From NCBI GenBank assembly GCA_000934665.2, contig JYFJ02000277.1, forward strand, positions 124,001 to 152,766: a stretch of DNA of 28,766 nucleotides, in the 5' to 3' direction. The notes below the pieces were generated by a model, which was given only the letters and a program-made list of their open reading frames with translations, did not search any database and was not told the origin of the DNA. A program made the translations under genes and the position numbers. The stretch's first letter is position 1. Each line of letters opens with the position of its first letter. Positions 20,159 through 28,766 of the stretch are shown one piece after another. The DNA is from Catajapyx aquilonaris. Taxonomy: Eukaryota.

Positions 20159-20261
20159 TCAAAGGACCTTAATGTACTCTTGACTGCAAGAACAGGACCT
20201 GTTCTTGCAGCCAAGGGCACATAAGAATGAGGTCCTTTGATGCAACCTGGTTGCATCAAAG
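20159..20261. repeat. Imperfect ~80-nt hairpin plus two perfect 27-bp odd palindromes
   Basis: CTGCAAGAACAGG-A-CCTGTTCTTGCAG at 20184-20210 and CTTTGATGCAACC-T-GGTTGCATCAAAG at 20235-20261. Confidence 0.9.
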
Positions 20262-20633
20262 TGACATTCAATTTTGAATGAATACCAACTACTCATGTTT
20301 AATAGACTACTCCGCAAGAGTCGGCACACTTTTTGCACACTTTCATGCAAAATAATATCGTTGTTGTTTGGTTTAATTAGTTCACATTGTCAAACACATA
20401 ATTCTAATGCATTTATCTACCTCGTCAATCGGTGATGCATTGATGTATAAATACAGTATAGTTAAGAGATCATCCCAAAATGATCAGACCCAGCTCTGCT
20501 GAACCCGAGCATCTGATACAGAGAGAACTATACAAATGGGAAAATGCAATATTTAAAAATATAATTGACAACCACTTTCACTTTATTTGCGTTGATCTGG
20601 AAGACAACAACTCTGGTATCAATAAAATCATCT

Positions 20634-21611
20634 TCAAAACGGCGCAAGAGTGGCGTTGATCATGTCGTTGAACATTTCCATCCGTTCTGCAAACGTGGCC
20701 TGCCATTCGCTGGCCAGGTAGTGAAACGGCTCCTCCACACCTTCGCCTGTTTGCTGCAAACACAAGTACTCGCAATGAGACCGAATAACAAGGCAATGCT
20801 CATCTGGGTGTACTTACAGCAGAGGTTTCAAAGTAGGGCAGCCCCAGGTCTTCTGCGATCTCGAAGCCTTCCTCCCTAGAGACGACCCTCTCATCTTCCT
20901 TGTCGATCTTGTTTGCGACCACAGCTGCCGGAAGGATCAGTGATCTGGTACCGGCGGCCAGGAACTCGTCGGCCCACCACAACACCCCTTCCACCGTCGC
21001 CGGATCCGTCACGTCGAACACAACCAGGTACATGTTGGGTATGCCCCACTGCAACACATGGTTGGGAACACGATCTACTACATCTAATATATTATTATAG
21101 CCATTCAAGAGAGTGAATATGCTCACGTAGTTCGACATCCCCTTTCGGTGGACATGAGCTCCGCATGTGTCGTAGAGTAACATCTCCACGATCTCATCTT
21201 TTGCAGGGAACGACACTTGCTTCACACTCAACTCCACCCTTGTTGTCTAATCAACCGTAAAACGACAGGAGTAACATTATTGCAGCTATTGCACAACGAT
21301 TGTTATTATACCTTTTCGTAAATTTTGGAGTAGGCAGATCTGCCTCCAACGAATTGCCGAACAAGTGATGACTTCCCAACTATGGAATCACCTGGAATTT
21401 AATAGCTGTTTCATATGCGAATTGTGCCATAACGTCGCATAAGATTTTAACACAAAAAAGATACTCCAAGTGTGTTTATATTGGGAGCCCAGCTAAGGTT
21501 CTTACCACAGACGATGACTTTGGCGCGAAGGGTGTTGGAATCCAGGTGGTTTAATGGCTTCCTAATTTGTTCTGAATCAGGCAATGAAGTGTTGCTCGGA
21601 GTGGCACTCAT
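20634..21611 (-). CDS. IFT27: Intraflagellar transport protein 27 (RABL4), 5 exons, 218 aa
   Basis: Exons 21611-21506, 21391-21312, 21246-21127, 21048-20818, 20753-20634 (657 nt). G1 LRAKVIVCGDSIVGKS, G3 DTCG with no catalytic Gln, WGIPNMYLVVFDVT, G4 NKID, G5 FETSA, then EEPFHYLA. No C-terminal prenylation cysteine. Confidence 0.88.
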
Positions 21612-21779
21612 CTTCTACAAGTTCAAGTTGCAAATCCGTACAACTCTTGTTCCATTATTCTTTGGCCTGCTTATTCTTAGCAAATTCTGAAAAGTCCGGC
21701 TTTAAACAACTGTTGCCAACCTCATGTCCTACAACACGATTTAATTTATTCACACCTTGCCTTTCAAACACTTAAAATT

Positions 21780-21900
21780 GGAATAAAAATTAATTATTTG
21801 CTAAATAGAACAGTTTTCATCCTTTCCCGCCGTTAGACGATCGCTATTCTTCCGATACTATTCCGTTCGAATCGTTCGATACTATACTGCACTACAGGTA
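21780..21900. promoter_or_regulatory. Compact divergent promoter for IFT27 and zinc-finger gene 2
   Basis: The head-to-head ATGs are about 400 bp apart. E2F-like TTTCCCGC at 21823-21830 and a plus-strand donor CAG|GTAC at 21898. Confidence 0.55.
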
Positions 21901-22008
21901 CTTTTTTGTACAGAGAGTACTGCAGGAGCTACATTAGGCTTAATTATATTTAATTACACATAATTACAACTAATTATACCCGTTATATTTTAGCTACTGT
22001 GGCAGTGC

Positions 22009-22926
22009 ATGCCTGCCGCCATAGCAAGGCAGGTACTGCAGCTTGATAGAGGTGAACTAATGGATGGGAAAGGTACGTACTCTTTAAGCGCAATGGTGTT
22101 CGAATGTTTAATTTGGTACTGTTAATTACCAGCGGTTCGCATCAAGAGAGAGCTACAGGAGAAAGAGTCATTGCCAGTGTTGGTGACACAAGAAGACAGC
22201 AGTGAGGAGGAAGTGGTAGTCACACCTGACATTTCCCAGGAAATCAGGGAATCCTCACCTGACAGCGACGACGAGGTAACAGAAATGCAATTTAAAATGT
22301 TAACAGACATACAATTAAATTACACTTTCCAGTCCAGTTGCAAGTACCAGTGTCGTACATGCCTCAGGACGTTTGATTCACGGCCGAAGCTGAAGCGTCA
22401 CACGTACAGGTGCGACATATGTGATCGGAACTATTGCACCTTCCCGGAGTATGATGCACACATGCGGGTGCATCTTGAGTGCAGGTCCTTTCCTTGTGAG
22501 ATGTGCGGAAAGACTTACTTCACCAAGGCGTCCCTGAACGACCACAAGGTCCTGGCGCATCCAGGAGAAAAACCATTCCAGTGCAAACTGTGTTCGAGAA
22601 CATGTGCTGGACAAGTGGAACTGAACTTGCATGTTATAAAGTGTGCCAAAGAACGTCCTTTCAGATGCGATCTCTGCGCACGTAACTTTGCGACCCGAAA
22701 GTACCTGAACAAGCACCGCAAGACGCACGATGCCAGGGAATCCTTCGAGTGCAGCAGGTGCGACAAAGTTTTCCTGATGAAACGTAGCCTCGACCAACAC
22801 ATGCGCGTTCACACAGGAGAAAGACCGTACGAGTGCAGATTCTGTGCTAAAGCATTCGCAATGCAATCCACGTGGACTATGCACATGAAAAGAAAGCATT
22901 CGGACGAAATAGAGGAGGAAAAGTAA
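22009..22926 (+). CDS. C2H2 zinc-finger protein 2, about 266 aa, 7 fingers (first one degenerate)
   Basis: Exons 22009-22072 (alternative ATG at 22060), 22133-22275, 22333-22926. Linkers HPGEKPF and HTGERPY. Confidence 0.9.
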
Positions 22927-23676
22927 TGTCCCAACAATACATGTAGATATACCGAGATATACCAAACGTAATTGAAAGTGTGAATTGCTGGTGAATTCAA
23001 AAAATTGGTCCAAACTAATTCGAAGACATCTCCCTCTGTAGAATTAATGCGATGTAATCAATGTTGATTCTCTTGAATGCACCTTGCATAATATTGAATT
23101 TGTACGTAGCTTCTGGTGCTTTCAATGACTAATTATGTCGATTGCTATAATGGAAAGTTTGGACAACTTCTGAAAATATTCCATGTGTTTTGGGGAATCA
23201 TGTTTGTATTGTGACAGTTGTGATTTTAATATTAAAATTGTTTATTAATAATATTAAAAGTATTAATAAATGGGGATTGGCTGATTTAAATCACGTGACC
23301 ATCAGTGTTGCCAATAGTGTTTTCAAGCCAATGTTTTTTTTTAACTATCGGTCCGTTCCGGTCCGTTCCTGAACACACCGTTCCGCGTTATAAGACCAAG
23401 GAACGTCGGCCATGACAGTGAACCAGAAATAGAACGTTGACATTTTTGCTTCGAAAAGAAAATAATTTTTGGTTTCTGTCTACAGGAAGGTGAGTGTCCA
23501 ATAATTGATGTTAAATTAATATTTAACAATCAAAGAAGAAGTCACAGGTTCACATGAACATTACAGATTGACTTGTTGAAACAGCTTGGCAGTGATTACT
23601 TATTTTTATCATTATTTTGCAAGTAATAAAGCAAGTAATAACTGTGCATTGATTTTACCATATCATTTTTACAGGT

Positions 23677-24504
23677 ATGGATGCGGTGAAGATAAAACAA
23701 GAACCGCTGGATGAGGATCAAGCGACTGGACACTCTTACCCAGCAATAGAACAAGCTTGGATCAAAGTAGAACCTGTCGGAACACTGAATCCGGAGGAGT
23801 GCGATCCACTTAACAACACAACCATCAAATCTGAACCGTCTGACGTGCCATGTGACACAGTGTCACATCGCTACAACGCAGATAATCACCAAACGGTTAA
23901 AACCAAACATTCAGAAGATCCCGTGAAAACCGAATTGCATGCTACGTGTTGTCACTTTGAGACACAGACTTGTTTGGAAGCCCATCGCCAAACTTGTGTG
24001 CAGAGTAAGGAAATCCCTTGCTACAAGTGTCCAGCCAAGTTCTCAACAGTTGATGAGTTCATAGCCCACTCGCAATACCATGTACTACCGAAACGCATCA
24101 GAAGTAGTCAGAAAGACAAAACCGAAAGGACACCACTCGTGTGCGACACATGCTCGCAACTTTTTAGTACAGTAGACGCGTACACTATGCATGCTCGGAA
24201 GTGTACAATTAAGTGGTTACTACCTAAGCCAACATGCACTCCCAGGAAGAGACAGGAGATCACATGCACTCTGTGTTCCGCAACTTTTGCAACAGTAGAT
24301 GAATTTGTGATGCATACTGAGGCGCATACAAAAGACATTGTTACTTGCGGAAACTGCAAACAGTCGTTTAAATCTAAGAATCGACTGTCCAAACATGTGT
24401 GTCCCTTGCCAAAAAGAAACACCATAAGTTGCGATGTGTGCAGCAAGTCTTTCAGCACTGTCGATTCATTCATATTGCACTCCCAGAAGCACATGAAGTA
24501 TTGA
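23677..24504 (+). CDS. C2H2/C2HC zinc-finger protein 3, 275 aa
   Basis: Single coding exon after a 5'UTR intron (donor AAG|GTGAGT at 23490, acceptor at 23674). IKQEP/IKVEP/IKSEP motifs and five spaced fingers. AATAAA at 24509. Confidence 0.9.
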   Translation: MDAVKIKQEPLDEDQATGHSYPAIEQAWIKVEPVGTLNPEECDPLNNTTIKSEPSDVPCDTVSHRYNADNHQTVKTKHSEDPVKTELHATCCHFETQTCLEAHRQTCVQSKEIPCYKCPAKFSTVDEFIAHSQYHVLPKRIRSSQKDKTERTPLVCDTCSQLFSTVDAYTMHARKCTIKWLLPKPTCTPRKRQEITCTLCSATFATVDEFVMHTEAHTKDIVTCGNCKQSFKSKNRLSKHVCPLPKRNTISCDVCSKSFSTVDSFILHSQKHMKY

Positions 24505-24837
24505 GAATAATAAATTGGTGCTGCTGCTGCTTTGTGCAGGATTTTTTTAAAACCACAAATAGCACTTATTCTGATTAAGCAGGTTTCCAACTGACGTCAT
24601 TAATTATTATTATCAAGCGAACAAATTTATGGTGGCACATGCAAAAGGTAAGTGACATGTTGGTGCATACCTGAAATCTTAAAATTATGGTGGAAACAGC
24701 CTGTACATTTTACGAACCAAATTTATTCCAGTACGTACTGGTTAGTGAAATATGCTCTTTCACGTGAGCATAAGAACTACATTGAATTTTTTTTTTCCTA
24801 ATAGAGTTTTCAACTTCAAGTCTTGACGTCATGGATA

Positions 24838-26492
24838 TCAATACTTTGGGTTTGTCCAGTACACTTTTGTGTTATCTCGGTCCTCTTCATCCACATACGG
24901 CGACGGCAGCGAAATCCACACTGCACTGTCATGCTCCGTTATCTCACATTCCTCATATTCGGGATCTAAACGTGGCCGCTTTGCAGCCACTGCCTCTTCT
25001 TGCTGCTGGGCTCCATCTTCTGAATGGTGCCGCTTTGTTCCCCTCACCTGTCCATTTGCCCTAAGTTCCGGACTCCCCATAGTGTTTTTCTGACCATGGT
25101 TCCCCTGCTGCTGGTTCCTAATTTTCTTCTGGACCGCTTCCTTGGTACCCCACTTCTTTCTCAACGTGTCACAAGCGAAGCATGACTGCTTAACACAGCT
25201 TTGGTAATGAAGGACAGGTCTGAAACAATAAGCCAGAAACTGAATCTAAATTCAACGAGAGTCAATTGTTAAAAAAGAGTAAATGATCAGTTTCCTTTAC
25301 TTTAAAAAAAATTTGGACAGCCCCAGATGGGTCAAGTAATTAAGTGTCATTATTTAAAAATTGTAATGCCCATTTTTTGCAGAGTTTCATGGCATTAGTC
25401 GTGAGCAATTAATTCCATCACTGCATCAAAGTACTGGTATGTCAGATGTACGTACTTGTCTTTGGTTCCAATGTTTGTCACTGTAACGATGCTGCCACCA
25501 TTGTCGTCAATTCTAAAATAATAGCTGGGTAGGGCAACCTTCGTATCTGAGTCCTCCTCGATGCTGGGAGGAAAATCTGAGGGAGATCTTGGCGATGTGT
25601 TGGTTTTGTTGCCGTGAGATTGATCTGTGTAATACAACCTAGTTTGGTTATCCGGATCCTCATCCATTTCAAAAAACCCAGATGAGTCAACTCTGGCCAT
25701 TGTGTTGATGTCGTCTTTGCATTCGTCAGAACTGGAGTTGTTCTTTGCATACTTCATTGTCACACGCCACTGATAATATAAATGATCGACAGATTTGTAG
25801 TCTGGGAAGAAGTTGGCATCGTCATCCTCGTCATCATTGGAGACGGAGATTTCATATGTGAAATTCATGTACCCTGTCTGACCAGGTGGGTTTCCTTCAT
25901 TCCTGTAGATGGTCTTGAATTTGCTGTCATTGTCTGCAACGACGAGGCAGGCCAGGCTATCTGCAGGACCCCTCTTCATTTTAAGCAATGTACCACCTGA
26001 TTTGTCTTTAGTCTTGGTCACATTTTTGGCGTTGTCAGATTCTTCGCTATCTTCGCTATCTGTATCCATTTCAGACGATGGAGCAGCTGAGTTGTCTTCA
26101 GTCTTGATGATGACTTTGATGCCTTCTTCTTCACTATTCTTGGGAACCATATTTGCTTCAGGCAGACCATCTGAGTTGTCCTTGAACTTACTGATTTTGA
26201 CATTTTCTTCTTCAGTATCCTCGGAATCCATATCCTCTTCAGACAATGGACCACCTGAGTTGCCTTTAGTCTTGGTGATGATTTTGATGTCATCATCTTC
26301 TTCTTCACTGGCATCTGAATCCTTGTCATTGTCATCCTCTTCGCTGAAGTCTTCATTGAAGTCATCGTCGCCTTCTTCGTTGAAGTCATCATCTTCTTCC
26401 TCGTTGACATCCATCAAGATCTCCTCCGCATCCGTATCCTCTTCAGACAATGCACCATCGGACTTGTCTTTGTTCACCGAAGGCTTTTTCAT
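24838..26492 (-). CDS. Uncharacterised acidic repeat protein, 2 coding exons, about 472 aa
   Basis: Exons 26492-25456 and 25219-24838 are joined in frame by a phase-2 intron (AA|GTACGT...TTTCAG|A). Upstream acceptor at 26517. D/E-rich N-terminal half and KRPRL NLS-like motif. Minus-strand AATAAA at 24722-24727. Confidence 0.8.
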
Positions 26493-26677
26493 GTTATTGC
26501 TTAGTCTGGACAACCTCTGAATAGTTGAAAAAATAATTCCTTTGAATAATTAAGAGACATTGCACTTGGAAATTTTGAAACTCGAATCTAAATGCGTGTT
26601 ACCGAGGAAATGCCAATAATTAACAAAGCATAACACAGCCAATAATAGCATGATTGTGGTACCCTTGAACCAAATGT

Positions 26678-26730
26678 CATTATTATTATTATTATTATTA
26701 TTGTTATTATTATTATTATTATTATTGTTA

Positions 26731-26773
<43 letters not shown>

Positions 26774-26849
26774 CATCAGTAGTAGTAGTAGTAGTAGTTG
26801 ACGATGATGGTGATAACACTACTACTACTACTGTCGGCGGCGGCATCAC

Positions 26850-26932
<83 letters not shown>

Positions 26933-26979
26933 GTAGTAGTAGTAGTAGTAGTAGTAGTTGATGATGATGATGGTGATAA

Positions 26980-27011
<32 letters not shown>

Positions 27012-27120
27012 AGTAGTAGAGTAGTAGTAGTAGTGTTGTCGGTGTCGTCGTCACTATTATTATTTTTATTTTTATTTTTATTATTGTTATTTTTATTATT
27101 GTTATTGTTATTATTAATGA
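26678..27120. repeat. Compound trinucleotide microsatellite (ATT)n/(AGT)n/(ACT)n with an internal duplication
   Basis: The cassette (ATT)n-(AGT)n-GATGATGGTGATAACACT-(ACT)n occurs twice. Confidence 0.97.
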
Positions 27121-27504
27121 TGTTGTTGTTGCTTCATCCAACGTAATCCAACCCACTATAATAATACTACGCAATAATACTACGCTTTCAACAATGCCAT
27201 TGTCTCAATAGGCAATAATTAGTGTGATCTTGGTGTGATGTAACTCGTGTATGTCTTTAAGTAATGACTCTACAATTGCCGATCAAATTGCAAATTTTAA
27301 TTTTGCAGCTTCCATTGTCGCTATCAGCCGCCGTGCTTCGTATGAACGTGTAAAAATAAGATCAAAAATTACAATAATAATTATTGCAACATTTTGCCAT
27401 ATTTACAATATTTTCAAATTACGCGGCACATTCGACCTGCTCGGTGCTGCCATCTTCCAACAGTTCGGCCCAAACTAATGTAAATTGATACATTCCACCA
27501 AAGA

Positions 27505-27616
27505 TATCGATACTTCCAAATATATCGATATTTTGAGACTGCCAAAGCAGGGAGAGACAATCACAATAATCGATACTCCCCCGTATCCATATCGATATTC
27601 TTGGGAAATATCGATA
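27505..27616. promoter_or_regulatory. Cluster of DRE (TATCGATA) elements
   Basis: Perfect TATCGATA at 27505, 27523, 27590 and 27609, and AATCGATA at 27568. An adjacent minus-strand AAGATGGCAGC lies near 27446-27456. Confidence 0.8.
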
Positions 27617-28117
27617 CGAGTGTTCCAATCCATCGTGCGGAGAGGTTTTTTTTTTTTTCTCTCTCTCTCTCCCTCCTCTTCCCCCCCTCTCCCGTTTTTT
27701 TATTCCCCGATTTTCCTCTCTTCCTTTTTATTCCTTCCTTTCCTGCCTGCCCCCGCAGATCACATCGGCGGGCGGTCTCCCTTTCTCCTCCCAGGATCAG
27801 TCGACGACGGTCGAACCCACACAACAAACTCCGGTGAGATGAGCTCCTGACTCGGCCCGAACACTTTAGGGAAGCCGAAAAGGACCTGACTGACTGCCGC
27901 AGAATGTCGTCCAGAAGGTGGGTCAAAAAATGGAACGGCGGGCGGGGGGGCGTCAGCAGCTGACAGTGTGGGGCATTGCTAAGTACTGAGGCAGTACGTT
28001 GAGAATGGAACACATCACGGCACAGTCGCATCAAGTCCACGTAAAAGATCAAGTGTAATGAACAGTAACGACACTTCTTGGACACACTAATCGCACGCTA
28101 CATGTATGCCAAATGGA

Positions 28118-28194
28118 ACGTCGCCAAAGACTGTATGTCAACATGTGTAGCCCCCCGGACAGTACCAAGTTCCACATGTTGACATTGGCGTCGT
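28118..28194. repeat. Inverted repeat / hairpin
   Basis: ATGTCAACATGTG (28135-28147) and CACATGTTGACAT (28173-28185), extended by ACGTCGCCAA / TTGGCGTCGT. Confidence 0.75.
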
Positions 28195-28766
28195 CGACAT
28201 TAATCAGTTGGTCACTGCCACATTTACATGTCCGCTATTTTCAGGCCAATAGATATAGATGATGACCAAATTTCGAGATAAGCGCAGCAAGTGTCATGGA
28301 CACTTTTGTGTGACTCACGGCGGGCGATAAAAGTTGAATGGCATTAGATTGTTTCATTTTTGCCGAATCATGAGTTTGAAAAGAGAATGGATCGGTCAGA
28401 ATGTTGGGCTGTGTGTCATTTGAATTGCCTGCCGACTTTTCAGTCGTAGGTTGCATACTGGCGTTGTTCGTGTGGAAATGGGATGGGAGTGAGGAGAAGT
28501 AATAAACAATCAGTGTATTGATTGCCGCAGGAATATTCTACCCTGTTGGTAATTCAATTTTTAATCTCTGCCGAAACAACTTACAGTTCGGACGTCCCAG
28601 TGCAACACTATCGTAAGCCACAACGATGTAAAATGAAGGTTACAAATGGTTTTGTTATTGAATATACTGGCAGGAAATATCGTAACCATCGGAGCATACT
28701 CCTCAACAACAACAACAACAACAACAACATCACGACATTTCCCTATGAGGGGTAGTCAGCGATGAA

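Noticed and set aside
9162..22332. Four stop-free introns with length divisible by 3 (9162-9245, 10781-10837, 21049-21126, 22276-22332)
   Set aside because: Roughly what chance would give among about 37 mostly short introns; no evidence of retention.
22378..23013. 211-aa antisense ORF (also 24108-24590 and 25909-26520)
   Set aside because: Shadow ORFs opposite real coding exons.
26550..27174. Poly-N, poly-I and poly-L ORFs
   Set aside because: Microsatellite translations.
1..28766. CRISPR array, tRNA/rRNA genes, autonomous transposase or reverse transcriptase
   Set aside because: No repeat-spacer array, cloverleaf, rRNA signature or transposase/RT motif was seen.

Overview
This is gene-dense eukaryotic DNA, most likely from an arthropod (inferred from DRE promoter elements and DUF4789-like genes), with many 55-100 bp spliceosomal introns. 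Eleven protein-coding genes were spliced by hand: FAH, three C2H2 zinc-finger genes, BCAS2/SPF27, an ankyrin-SOCS box gene, a LEXM/CIMAP2-like SHIPPO-repeat gene, two tandem secreted 14-Cys DUF4789-like paralogs, IFT27, and an orphan acidic repeat protein. Introns carry four fold-back/MITE elements and five copies of an unclassified ~180-bp dispersed repeat, two of which bracket a fold-back. Other signals are twin 13-1-13 palindromes, a possibly structured intergenic island, GC-AG introns and a DRE cluster. No prokaryote-type system is present. The best novelty candidates are the secreted paralog pair, the repeat/fold-back composite and the orphan acidic protein.
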